Of a DNA stretch of 64,000 nucleotides, positions 17,391 through 27,608 are shown piece after piece; the first letter of the stretch is position 1, and each line of letters starts with the position of its first letter. The stretch lies in IMG/VR virus record IMGVR_UViG_3300044491_001439; one strand, 5' to 3'. The DNA comes from an uncultured virus (IMG/VR IMGVR_UViG_3300044491_001439). Its lineage: Duplodnaviria > Heunggongvirae > Uroviricota > Caudoviricetes > Kyanoviridae. The notes under the pieces are model-generated. The model had not been told where the DNA came from, made no database searches, and was given only the letters and a program-made list of their open reading frames with translations. The position numbers were made by a program, and so were the translations under genes.

Positions 17391-18012
17391 ATTGTCTAAT
17401 CAAATTCAATCTCAACTGTTCTAACTGCACCAGGTGTGGATTATCAGCATCCATAGCATCCACAACTTCAGAATATTCTATAAGATGAGAACGCATAAAA
17501 CTATCTTGCACATCAGATTCTATCCAACCAACAATTACTTTCCTATCTCCTTTGGTTACCGGGTTTATCTTATGCATTAACCCTGTATTATACAAAATAA
17601 CAGTTCCTGCCTTTGGTTTATGAGTTGTCTCTATATTACCCACTTTGATTACTAGTTCACCACCTTCATAGTCATCATTTAAGAAAATAGTCATACTCAT
17701 ATCAGCATTTACACCACCACAAGGATATTCATCCATATGCCAGTTATAAAAATGTCCCTGCTTATACCATAGAAAGTATAACTGGGACATTTGCTTGATT
17801 AAGTATATCTTGGTGAAGTTATCCTTTTTCTTTATTTCGGACCATACACCATTAACTAATCTATTATAAGGATCAGTCCACTTCATCATCAAACTCTGTT
17901 TTACAGATGTATCAGGATTACTGATATTACCACTCTGGAAGTTATTATCTTTATAGTATGATGTAATATATTCTACAATATCGGGAGATAGTAGATCACT
18001 CTGCCATATCAT
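17377..18012 (-). CDS. PKHD-type 2OG-Fe(II) oxygenase
   Basis: YNWHMD...SMTIFLNDDYEGGEL...H...V..GDRKVIVGWIES. Confidence 0.85.
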   Translation of the reverse strand: MIWQSDLLSPDIVEYITSYYKDNNFQSGNISNPDTSVKQSLMMKWTDPYNRLVNGVWSEIKKKDNFTKIYLIKQMSQLYFLWYKQGHFYNWHMDEYPCGGVNADMSMTIFLNDDYEGGELVIKVGNIETTHKPKAGTVILYNTGLMHKINPVTKGDRKVIVGWIESDVQDSFMRSHLIEYSEVVDAMDADNPHLVQLEQLRLNLIRQYENR

Positions 18013-18967
18013 TTAATTCCTCTATGGTATAAATCTTATTGTAATCAATGCCGCCTTCGACAAAATCTTCAATGCGTAGTAGTTTCATCATTTCTTTAAC
18101 AGCAGTAGTTGTTGTCCTTTCTGATTTAGCGTAATCCTGTCGCATTGCAATGATATTTGATAGTCTAGACTCAATCAAATCTCTTGATGAATCAGTATCT
18201 CTTTCTACCCATTGATTATCCGTTCCCAAGTATTCTACCACATTTCCATTAACATCTACACCATCAGGATATAAATCTTTAAAGTTTTTGGGATCAATAG
18301 GCCATCTTAACGTTTTGATGGCTTTGAAGAAATCTAAAGAAGATGGATGTTCATCAAGAGATGGAACTACTAAAGATCTAACTTTTTGACGATATGAAAT
18401 CCATCTATCTTTTTCACCAGGATAAGAATCAACAACATCAGGAAGAATACGCCAATCAGTTGCTGCTAGAATAGCATTCTTTTCTGAAATTCTTTTTAGA
18501 TATGTTTTCTCAAAAAAGAGGATATTTTCATCAACTTTGGTTACATACTTATTAACTTTGAGTTCCCTTACAACATTGTGTGCATCAAGGAAAGCTAGAA
18601 CTTTATCATATAAATCAGAGACTTGCTCTTCAGTAAATCCAGTGAATGTATAAGTTGAATACACTTGTTGTGCATTTGCAAAATCATATTTGTATTTTTT
18701 TCTTTGACAAAATAAAGTATTGTCATTAAAAAATGAAAGATATTGAAGTTGATCTTTTTCATCATGCCAAAATACATCCAGAGATTCTAAAAATCTAGTT
18801 AAAATCTCTTTATCGTATTTTTGGGCAGAATTAGCGATCTTGGTTCCGTTATCTAAAGTGATAACATTAGACATATTCAAAACCATACAGTTGAGAAAAT
18901 CTACCTCTAGTTTACATGTCTTATCTACGTATTCCGCCATTAAGTTGACCCCGATTTGATATACCAA
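17996..18967 (-). CDS. tail fibre assembly chaperone-like protein
   Basis: LAATDWRILPD...WISYRQKVR...WPIDP motif. Confidence 0.6.
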   Translation of the reverse strand: MVYQIGVNLMAEYVDKTCKLEVDFLNCMVLNMSNVITLDNGTKIANSAQKYDKEILTRFLESLDVFWHDEKDQLQYLSFFNDNTLFCQRKKYKYDFANAQQVYSTYTFTGFTEEQVSDLYDKVLAFLDAHNVVRELKVNKYVTKVDENILFFEKTYLKRISEKNAILAATDWRILPDVVDSYPGEKDRWISYRQKVRSLVVPSLDEHPSSLDFFKAIKTLRWPIDPKNFKDLYPDGVDVNGNVVEYLGTDNQWVERDTDSSRDLIESRLSNIIAMRQDYAKSERTTTTAVKEMMKLLRIEDFVEGGIDYNKIYTIEELNDMAE

Positions 18968-19602
18968 CCTGTTACTATGTATTTATTCTGCTCACCCATA
19001 ACTAAATTGCCTTTATGCACATGAGTCATTCCCGCAGGGAATATAACTACTGTCCCAGTGGTAGGTTTAATCCTACGCAGTTGATATTGAAACTCCGTTT
19101 CTCCCCCATCTTCTATGTCATTTAGATAAATCATCCAAGTAAGTTCTCTATGAGAATACGATGATGATGCATTTTCATAATGCCACAAGTGATATCCACC
19201 GCCAGGAGGTGTACGTTGAAATTTGATATCATTTGATACTAACCCAACTTTCTTTAGTTGAGAATACTCTTGAACATAATGAAGAGCACACGATTTTAAA
19301 AACTGATTTACTTGAGTGCCCCATTTGCTACTATGATAGTTTAGCATAAATGCCCTATCATGACGATTTTGTTTTCCATTATATCCGCTCGATCCATCCA
19401 TAATATCAAGAGCTCCTGTACCAATACTATGAGCTACTGTATCATCTAAAACATCATTACCATACTTAATAAGTTGATCACAGAATGCTTTGGGAACAAA
19501 TCCTTTCCATACTCCAATAAAATCTTCAAAATCTGATGATGTCAGATTAGAATCTAACATCAATTCAAGTGGCCTATAAGGCGCAAGTTCATTAGTTGAC
19601 AT
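18940..19602 (-). CDS. 2OG-Fe(II) oxygenase
   Basis: GGYHLWHYE...WMIYLNDIEDGGETEF...THVHKG...KYIVTGW. Confidence 0.85.
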   Translation of the reverse strand: MSTNELAPYRPLELMLDSNLTSSDFEDFIGVWKGFVPKAFCDQLIKYGNDVLDDTVAHSIGTGALDIMDGSSGYNGKQNRHDRAFMLNYHSSKWGTQVNQFLKSCALHYVQEYSQLKKVGLVSNDIKFQRTPPGGGYHLWHYENASSSYSHRELTWMIYLNDIEDGGETEFQYQLRRIKPTTGTVVIFPAGMTHVHKGNLVMGEQNKYIVTGWYIKSGST

Positions 19603-19606
19603 AAAT

Positions 19607-22600
19607 CTAGAATGCTTTAATAATATACTTTGCTTTATGAAACTCTGGTGCTAATGGCACTGTCCTGTTAGGAGAAAATACTACGTCAGGAATAGGTTTC
19701 TTAACTGATGTATTTAGTGTAAATAATCCAGGATTTAATTCCATGCCAACATCACTCTGATTAAATGTGATGTTAAGTGTAGTCTGCGCTGCTCCTAAAC
19801 CTTCTTTACCATTGCCAGCACCTGACGTATTTCCGTATGTATAATCTTCGGTTGGATCAAGAACTGGTTGTAGCGTAATTAAATGAGCATGAGTTTGTAT
19901 ACTTCCGTCGTCACCATCAAGAACAGGTGGAGAATAAGGGTCTATTCTTGTAAAATACTGATTAGTATCAATAATACATGAAACGTCACGAGCACCAGTT
20001 CCAGGTGTGCCATTGACGTCATAGAAGGGGCCAGGTGCATCTGCAGCGACCTCAAAGTAACGATCATCAACAACAGAATATGGTGATGGCCACCAGGTAT
20101 TTGCCGAAATTACTAAAGCAGCTCTGTCACTAGACTCGATATTATTTGGGTTAAGTGATTGAATCATCTCCGTAACTAAAGTTATTAAATCAGGTTGATT
20201 GGCGATTTGATTCCATTCAGTTTCAAACTGTCCAGCACCGCCAACATCGCTCAATCGTGCGATCCACGCATTTGCAATTGTTCCGGCGTCAAATGCGTCC
20301 GGAGCATCAGGTACGATAGCGTGCGTTCCCTGACCAACACCTCCACCAGAAACGGTGTGATTGCCTAATTTAGATGATCCTCTAGTGCCCCATTGGATTA
20401 GAGGATCTCCAGTTATTCCATCAGAAAGTGCAGCGACATATAAGTGACTATGAATAGGAACATTAACCGAAGTATCTAAAAGTGGTCCAACTAGAGCAGT
20501 TACACTACTGCTAGCAGCAACAGTAAAGTCAACATCTTGAGTAAGATCTTGTGCAAATACTGTTTTTACTGTACCAATAGAGAAGAAGTTACTCTCAATT
20601 CCTGTTGTATCATCAGTATCATCAGATACAATGATTTCATATGGATTATCTCCAGCAACATCAACATCATCAACATACCACCAACCACCAGTTCCGCCTG
20701 GTTCGTATATACTACTACCGCCATCAATAGGAAGAAATGCTGATGATGCTTTATTTCCATCAACTACACCAGTTCCCGAAAGTTTTCTATTTCTGTAATC
20801 TGGTAACTTAAAACTACTACCAGCACCACCATAATCATAACCAATGACATCAAATAAGAATGGATAATCATCTTTATCTAATGTTTGGCCCGCACACTCA
20901 TAATATCCTGGATATCGCGATTGTCTAGTACCATCTAATAAACCATAAGAACCATTAGGTTGCTTGAGAATAGTGAGAACAGTACCGATAGCATGACCAT
21001 CTTCTTTGCTTTCTTTAATATCACCGTTGCTATCAACAAAAGCACCTTTCTTACTATACCAGGCACCTTTTAATTCTGGTGGAGGTGGAGCAACAGAATA
21101 GTTACTTACTTGCCAAATAAATTGATTTGGCGATCCAGTACCAACAGTAACTGTTACTTGCTTTGATTCAGACAATGCACTGCCGGTAGTAACAAAAATA
21201 CGGAATGAAGTATGAATAGTAGGATCAAATGTAACCGGACCTGCAACTGGAGTAGCAAAGTCAATAGAAATAAGACCACCATTTGTTGCATTGATGGTGA
21301 TTGGTCTATTGATACCCGCAACACTGACAATACTACTCAATACTTCTGTATTAGGAACTTGATTAGTAAGATTAGTAGGTACTGAAAATAAAGCATCAGT
21401 ATCTGGTCCAGAATTAGTAGTAATACTCCAAGGATTAATAACTCTCTGACCGACTTTAATAGTAGTTGATACTACTGATGGCGTTAAAGAAGTTGAAAAT
21501 GTTTCTGAAGACCTATTGTATAGTACAATCTTATCTCCATTATTTGCTTTTGTTGGGAACAATCCGATAGAACTCTCACCTCCCTCTGCATACTGAATCT
21601 TAATTCTTGGTTCATCTCCACCAGAATCATTAGAAGAAGTACTGCTTACTAACACAACATCAACTTCAGTACCTGTACCCAAACCGGTGATACCATTAGG
21701 AAGTGGAGTAGGATCAGAGGCAATTAATGCATCTTCTAATACATCAGTTTTATTAACAAAACTAAAATTATCTGGCGTAGTTGATGGAAAATTTCCATTG
21801 GTTACACTCCAGATAGATCCACTTGCCTCATCACCAATAGATAGTGGATTTGACGACACAGCACCTGCAGTATTTTCAGTTACAATATACAACTGCAAAT
21901 ATTGACCGTTATTAATTGTTGGTGCAGGAACGTCGGATACTAATTCAAAAACAGTATTACTTAAAATCTCATAACCATTTGTATCAGTGAAAAATGTATT
22001 AGTATCAGATACTCCTACGTATAAATTAGAGTTTGTTGATGCAATTATTGCAGTATCATTTAATCCCTGAACTTGTATAATATTACTGTAAACAGCCGTA
22101 TTTAATGGTTGATTAGTAAGATCATCGAAGTCTGGAAATGGTACAGGAACATTAGGAGGTGTTACTTTCGCATTAATAGTCCAACGTTCTGACCTTGCTC
22201 CAATAGTAAGATCAACATATGACGATAATCCAGGAATAGAATTAGATTTTAACCTAGTTTGGATTTGATCTGTATTCTTTACAGTAAGTGCTCCTGGAGC
22301 AGGCAGCTGCCAATCACTAAATTCTGTTTCTCCATCTGATACTTTCTTATATCTGATAGAGAAGTTTTCGGATAATGCAGGAGCAGATCCAGTAACAGTA
22401 ACGCTTGCTTCTGTAGACGTAGTTAAACCAACAATAGTGAGAATGCTTTCTCCGGGTCTACTTCCATCTCCATAGACATACATGATACCTGCATCTGCAT
22501 CATCAAGAGTCTGAAATGGATATGGATCAGGAGCAAAATCTTCTGGTATCGTAGTGATATACCAGACCGTTGTTTGCTCACCAATCTGAATAGTTACACT

Positions 22601-22696
22601 TTGAGTAGTGTTCCACTGCGAGGGTGCTTTAAATTTAAAGCGAACTGTTTGTCCTTCGCTTACATATACTGGTGTATTAGAAAAAGAATATGTCAT
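19607..22696 (-). CDS. tail fibre protein with Ig-like repeats and phage tail collar domain
   Basis: IGTV...GYYECAGQ.L....YPFLF.VIG..YGG....FKLPDYR collar; HxH motifs; C-terminal YIIKAF. Confidence 0.75.
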   Translation of the reverse strand: MTYSFSNTPVYVSEGQTVRFKFKAPSQWNTTQSVTIQIGEQTTVWYITTIPEDFAPDPYPFQTLDDADAGIMYVYGDGSRPGESILTIVGLTTSTEASVTVTGSAPALSENFSIRYKKVSDGETEFSDWQLPAPGALTVKNTDQIQTRLKSNSIPGLSSYVDLTIGARSERWTINAKVTPPNVPVPFPDFDDLTNQPLNTAVYSNIIQVQGLNDTAIIASTNSNLYVGVSDTNTFFTDTNGYEILSNTVFELVSDVPAPTINNGQYLQLYIVTENTAGAVSSNPLSIGDEASGSIWSVTNGNFPSTTPDNFSFVNKTDVLEDALIASDPTPLPNGITGLGTGTEVDVVLVSSTSSNDSGGDEPRIKIQYAEGGESSIGLFPTKANNGDKIVLYNRSSETFSTSLTPSVVSTTIKVGQRVINPWSITTNSGPDTDALFSVPTNLTNQVPNTEVLSSIVSVAGINRPITINATNGGLISIDFATPVAGPVTFDPTIHTSFRIFVTTGSALSESKQVTVTVGTGSPNQFIWQVSNYSVAPPPPELKGAWYSKKGAFVDSNGDIKESKEDGHAIGTVLTILKQPNGSYGLLDGTRQSRYPGYYECAGQTLDKDDYPFLFDVIGYDYGGAGSSFKLPDYRNRKLSGTGVVDGNKASSAFLPIDGGSSIYEPGGTGGWWYVDDVDVAGDNPYEIIVSDDTDDTTGIESNFFSIGTVKTVFAQDLTQDVDFTVAASSSVTALVGPLLDTSVNVPIHSHLYVAALSDGITGDPLIQWGTRGSSKLGNHTVSGGGVGQGTHAIVPDAPDAFDAGTIANAWIARLSDVGGAGQFETEWNQIANQPDLITLVTEMIQSLNPNNIESSDRAALVISANTWWPSPYSVVDDRYFEVAADAPGPFYDVNGTPGTGARDVSCIIDTNQYFTRIDPYSPPVLDGDDGSIQTHAHLITLQPVLDPTEDYTYGNTSGAGNGKEGLGAAQTTLNITFNQSDVGMELNPGLFTLNTSVKKPIPDVVFSPNRTVPLAPEFHKAKYIIKAF

Positions 22697-22756
22697 GGAC
22701 TAAAGTTACTGCTTTCCACGTAATGGATTATCCTAATCTTATTTAGGGGCAATGGT

Positions 22757-24310
22757 TTATACGTTCTCTACGTCAATCCACACACCATTATTGTCAATCT
22801 GTACCTGAATAGGATAATCCGATTTGATTTCCACAGGAATATCAATATCAGTAACTAATAGTTCTTCTGTTGTTAACTGTATGTCAGGAGTTACCACGGG
22901 TACTTCAGATTTAATTTTATCATCCGATTCTGGTACTGTAATAGCATCCGGAAGTTGATCTATTATAGCAGGAACTATTTCAACATCTTCAGATGTTAAT
23001 GAACCAACTCCCTCTGCAAGTAACTTGTACTCGATTCTCGTAGGTCCTCGATTATCCCATACAGGAGTATGCGTAATAGTACCACTAACATCATCCCCTA
23101 TTGGTAATACCACATCCGCACCAATAGTTTCTACACCATCTAACGAGTAGTAATATGGTACTATCTTTAGTGATACCGTAGCATTAATAGATGTATACCC
23201 CAACTCTAAACTATTCCCATAACTAACATTTAAAGGAACTGTTAAATCAACTTCTGGTGGAGGAAATACAGTCAAGGTAATCTCATCACTATCGGTTCCC
23301 CCCAAACCAGACACAGTTGCAGTATATGTTGTAGTTACAGTTGGAGAAACTGTTACCTGGGATACTAAATTAGAAGAACCAATTCCAGGTTGTATGTTAT
23401 TAGTTGAGGCGTCACCAGTAGTAGTCCAAGACAATATAGTAGACTGACCCAAATTAATAGATTGCGAATCTAGTGATAATGTAATATTTGGGGGGACATA
23501 AACTACTAAAGTTTCAGTACTAGTATTACTAGTGATGCCATAATAAGATGCGCTTATAGTATATGTCGTATCATCATTAGGAGATACAACAGTAGAATCA
23601 CTAGCAACAATAGCACCTACACCACTTAATGATCTACTAGTAGCATTACTAATAGACCAAGATAATGTAGCATTTTGTCCTTGAATAATAGATGATGGTG
23701 ATATCGAAAAACTAATACTGGGAGTAGGATAGGAACATCCACTATTAACATTAGCACTTGGATTGTAGTTACTAGCACGACTATCAGTGCATCCATAGAC
23801 ATTATATGTACATCCTGTGCTGACCTGATTTGCATATGGGTTAAAATTATTAGCACTAGAGTCTTTACAACCATATACAAATACAGGAGAATACCACGCA
23901 ACACCTACAAAGCTGTATCCCGATGGCGCAGAAGAACTGGTCTCAAACTTATGATCTACCAGTTGAGCATTATAAAATCTATAAACTGGTACACGATATG
24001 CTCCAGGACCAGTATATGCATAACCAATAACACCTTCATAAACATAACCAGAAGGAGTGCCGGAATTAGTTTTGTAAAAGTGATTATATTGAGTGGGATT
24101 CCAAAATCTGTATACAGGTGAAACACTCCCAACGATTCCAGGAACGCTACCAGACATAAAAAGATTCCAAACACGAGTGGCTACAGGAGAATATGCGGTG
24201 ATTGATTCACCACCTGGGTTTGAAGTATAGAAAGTATCCGCTCTATAATAACCAGGATTGAAAACGCCGTAAAAAGAATCGAATGTATGTAAATTGCCTG
24301 AAGTTCCCAT
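22757..24310 (-). CDS. virion/tail-fibre-associated protein (YRF..H.Y repeats, GCTD-NYN repeats, PKD/Ig-like repeats, shared C-terminal domain)
   Basis: Repeat motifs visible; C-terminus paralogous to the next two genes. Confidence 0.65.
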   Translation of the reverse strand: MGTSGNLHTFDSFYGVFNPGYYRADTFYTSNPGGESITAYSPVATRVWNLFMSGSVPGIVGSVSPVYRFWNPTQYNHFYKTNSGTPSGYVYEGVIGYAYTGPGAYRVPVYRFYNAQLVDHKFETSSSAPSGYSFVGVAWYSPVFVYGCKDSSANNFNPYANQVSTGCTYNVYGCTDSRASNYNPSANVNSGCSYPTPSISFSISPSSIIQGQNATLSWSISNATSRSLSGVGAIVASDSTVVSPNDDTTYTISASYYGITSNTSTETLVVYVPPNITLSLDSQSINLGQSTILSWTTTGDASTNNIQPGIGSSNLVSQVTVSPTVTTTYTATVSGLGGTDSDEITLTVFPPPEVDLTVPLNVSYGNSLELGYTSINATVSLKIVPYYYSLDGVETIGADVVLPIGDDVSGTITHTPVWDNRGPTRIEYKLLAEGVGSLTSEDVEIVPAIIDQLPDAITVPESDDKIKSEVPVVTPDIQLTTEELLVTDIDIPVEIKSDYPIQVQIDNNGVWIDVENV

Positions 24311-24312
24311 AT

Positions 24313-26004
24313 CTAAATCTCCCTGATATCTACGTAGATTCCACTATCACCAATCTCAATCTGTATTGGATAATCTGCTTTAACTTCAACAGGTATATCA
24401 ATACCATCAACAAGAAGTCGCTGACTAGTAACTGCGATATCAGGTGTTACAACAGGTTCTTCATTCTTAAAAGTATCATCAGTTTCTGGAATGTCAATGG
24501 CATCAGGCATTCTGTCAATGTTGATTGATACTTGTTCAATATCTTCCGCAGTCAATGAACCCTCACCTATAGCATATAATTTATATTCTATAATAGTAGG
24601 TCCAAGATTATTATAAGTTGGTGTGTGTATCACATCTCGATCAACTACATCTGCAATAGGAAGATCTTCCACAAGTTCATAGTCAGTATATGTATTGTCA
24701 GCGTAATAATATCTTACTAATAATTGTAGAGATGTGGTAGCATTTTCGGATTGTACATTGAGATTAATATCTTCACCATAATCAACAGATAAAGGATACG
24801 TTAATGTTATTACAGGAGGTGTAATAACAGTAACAGTAACTTGATTAGAACCTTGACCTGCTAATGGATGAGAAGCAGTTATTGTATATGTCGTAGTTAC
24901 AGTTGGAGATATTTGGATTGGAGTTGACTGAATATTAATAGGACCAATGCCAGGAGAAATTTGTGCTGAAGAAACATCTCCAGTAATAGTATATTCTAAA
25001 AAGGTAGATTGCCCTTGTATTATTGTATTATCAGTAGCAGTTGTTGTAAGAGTAGCGGTTGGTGGAATAAGAACATCAACACTTACGGATTGCGAAGTAG
25101 TTCCTCCAGGTCCAAATGCACTTAACGTATATGTTCTATCATTAACAGGTGATATTGTAACACCAGGAGGTGACTGATTTTGTGGTTGATTGCCACTAAA
25201 ATCAGTCAAAGAAACATTAGTTACATAACCATTAATTTGATATGTTAGTTGAGCACTGCCGCCTCGAACAATTTGATCAGGACTAATTGTAAAATACTGA
25301 ATATTTGGTCTAGCATAATCAAACGACAACGTATAGAATCCGTCACCAAAATTACTATATCCACTATTATAAGTCCATTGATAATAACTTCCATTGCTAT
25401 ACCAAGCAGAATTTCCTCCAATACCAGCATATCCATTGGTGGTTGTTGCACCACCTAACCCACCGGCACCGCCAGTAGAAGATCCTCCACCGCCACCACC
25501 ACGGTGACCTGCAGGAGCATTCCCACCATTTCTTCCACCTATTCCACTTGTTGTACCTCCGCCACCAATACCACGACCGGCAGTATAATATCCACCATAA
25601 CCAGTATTGTTATCAAATCTACCAGCGCCGCCACCACCACCAACAATGACAGTATATCTGTTCAATCCACCGTCATATACTCCTGATGCTCCACCTCCAC
25701 CGCCACCAGAACGGTAACCATTACCACCGCTTGCAATCGGGGAACTGCCACCATATCCACCAGGGTTAGCTGGTCCTTGTCCTTTTGATCCTTCTCGACC
25801 CATGTAAAACGTCAGATTATATGTATAGTCACGACTAGTTAATCTAAAATCACCAGATCTACCAAAACCACCACGAGAATAATTCCATGTAGTAGATGCT
25901 GATCCACCACCTGATGCAGCTCCTATACTAAATCTTACATTCGTAGATCCTGCTGGTATTTGAATAGTTCTCTGTCCATATCCCCTTCCCGAATAACTTG
26001 GCAT
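24313..26004 (-). CDS. virion/tail-fibre-associated protein (Gly-rich N-terminus, PKD/Ig-like repeats)
   Basis: Polyglycine-rich N-domain; SPTVTTTYT repeats; shared C-terminus. Confidence 0.65.
   Translation of the reverse strand: MPSYSGRGYGQRTIQIPAGSTNVRFSIGAASGGGSASTTWNYSRGGFGRSGDFRLTSRDYTYNLTFYMGREGSKGQGPANPGGYGGSSPIASGGNGYRSGGGGGGASGVYDGGLNRYTVIVGGGGGAGRFDNNTGYGGYYTAGRGIGGGGTTSGIGGRNGGNAPAGHRGGGGGGSSTGGAGGLGGATTTNGYAGIGGNSAWYSNGSYYQWTYNSGYSNFGDGFYTLSFDYARPNIQYFTISPDQIVRGGSAQLTYQINGYVTNVSLTDFSGNQPQNQSPPGVTISPVNDRTYTLSAFGPGGTTSQSVSVDVLIPPTATLTTTATDNTIIQGQSTFLEYTITGDVSSAQISPGIGPINIQSTPIQISPTVTTTYTITASHPLAGQGSNQVTVTVITPPVITLTYPLSVDYGEDINLNVQSENATTSLQLLVRYYYADNTYTDYELVEDLPIADVVDRDVIHTPTYNNLGPTIIEYKLYAIGEGSLTAEDIEQVSINIDRMPDAIDIPETDDTFKNEEPVVTPDIAVTSQRLLVDGIDIPVEVKADYPIQIEIGDSGIYVDIREI
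24351..24509. repeat. near-identical direct repeat, copy 1 (partner 26042-26200)
   Basis: 53-bp identical block plus 70-bp block with 1 mismatch, offset 1691 bp. Confidence 0.85.
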
Positions 26005-27596
26005 TAGATTTCCCTCACATTAATGAATGTTCCGCTGTCATCAATCTCAATCTGTATTGGATAATCTGCTTTAACTTCAACAGGTATATCAATATCATCA
26101 ATAACAATTTGATCTGTCGTAACTTCAACATCAGGTGTTACGACAGGTTCTTCATTCTTAAAAGTATCATCAGTTTCTGGAATGTCAATGGCATCAGGCA
26201 GTTGGTCGATAATGACAGGAACTTCAATAGTATCAGTTGCTGCCAAACTACCATATCCATCTACAGTAAACACTAGTCGCACTTTAAATGGACCAAAATC
26301 ATTATATTCAATAGGAATATTATATGGATCTACTTCTACTTCATCTCCAGTAGTATTAGGTATTGCTACAGAAGGTTTAAACTCGTTAGTTCCATCTAGA
26401 TATAGATATTCAGCAATGTAACTAATACCACCATCAGAATTTGTAGCGGTAATAGTTATTGGTACATTTTCTCCATACAATATATTAATAGGTCCACTTA
26501 CATTGATAGATGATGGTTGCAAAACTGTTATTAGTAATTCAGAAGAACCAGTTCCTCCTAATCCTGAAGCAGTAGCAGTATATGTTGTCGTTATGGTCGG
26601 AGATACTACCGTTTGACTATTAAGAACAGAAGACCCAACACCAGGTGAAATATTTAATGAGGAAGCATCGCCAGTTACGCTCCAAGACAATATAATACTG
26701 TTTCCTTGTACTATCGTATAAGTTGGTGGGTTGGATCCTGGGTCCTGATTACCAGAGGATGCTGAAAATGTTACTACCGGTTCTACATAAACGTTAACAA
26801 TAACTGAATCTGACCTACTATATGCAGGGTTTGAAGCGGTTAATCTAAATTCACTAGTTTCTGTAGGAGCAACGACAAACGAGTTATTAGTCCTATTTAC
26901 TTGTCCATATGATTCAACAACAGAGCCATTTCGCAGTCTTTCCAATACTTCTGATGTAGAATCCCCACCACCAACCGTCCAAGATAACGTTGTTCGAGCA
27001 TTATTTCCATCAGTTCCATTTAATCGAAAAGCACCAGGATTAGCACTGATTGATGGTAACGGTGCATCATATGTACAAACACACCCAAAAAATCCTCCAG
27101 AAGCACCATATCTACAGTTACCACTTCCTCCTTGTGTTCCTCCGTATCCTATACGAACATAAATCTGTTGTCCTGCTACAGCACCACTAGTTCCTCTAGA
27201 TTTTGTACAGCAAGATGCACCACCGCCTCCTCCACCATATGAACTAGATGTTCCTCTCCACTGACCAGATCCACCAGATCCATAACTCGAATATCCAGAG
27301 GCAGCTCTATTCCACGGACCACCACCGAATCTACCTGATTGACCACTACGCCAGTTACCACTACCACCATATCCAGGACTGTATAAACTACCTCCTCCAC
27401 CACCATAAGATATAACTCCACCGGCACAAGTATATCCACCTGCCGATGGTGCCGTGAATCCAGGTCTAGGTAAATTAGGAATGTTAGGATAACCACCACC
27501 GCCACCACCAGCTACAGTGATATAAGTCATGGTCTTTACATCTGATGGTACACTAATGTAACCACTACCAGATCTACCTATAGAATACCGTCCCAT
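26004..27596 (-). CDS. virion/tail-fibre-associated protein (Gly-rich N-terminus, PKD/Ig-like repeats)
   Basis: VAGGGGGG...; SPTITTTYTATASGLGG; shared C-terminus. Confidence 0.65.
   Translation of the reverse strand: MGRYSIGRSGSGYISVPSDVKTMTYITVAGGGGGGYPNIPNLPRPGFTAPSAGGYTCAGGVISYGGGGGSLYSPGYGGSGNWRSGQSGRFGGGPWNRAASGYSSYGSGGSGQWRGTSSSYGGGGGGASCCTKSRGTSGAVAGQQIYVRIGYGGTQGGSGNCRYGASGGFFGCVCTYDAPLPSISANPGAFRLNGTDGNNARTTLSWTVGGGDSTSEVLERLRNGSVVESYGQVNRTNNSFVVAPTETSEFRLTASNPAYSRSDSVIVNVYVEPVVTFSASSGNQDPGSNPPTYTIVQGNSIILSWSVTGDASSLNISPGVGSSVLNSQTVVSPTITTTYTATASGLGGTGSSELLITVLQPSSINVSGPINILYGENVPITITATNSDGGISYIAEYLYLDGTNEFKPSVAIPNTTGDEVEVDPYNIPIEYNDFGPFKVRLVFTVDGYGSLAATDTIEVPVIIDQLPDAIDIPETDDTFKNEEPVVTPDVEVTTDQIVIDDIDIPVEVKADYPIQIEIDDSGTFINVREI
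26042..26200. repeat. near-identical direct repeat, copy 2
   Basis: See 24351-24509. Confidence 0.85.
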
Positions 27597-27608
27597 AAAA
27601 TATTACCG

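Noticed and set aside
24351..26200. Diversity-generating retroelement TR/VR pair
   Set aside because: Both copies are coding C-termini of paralogs, the differences are not adenine-specific, and no reverse transcriptase is present in the window.
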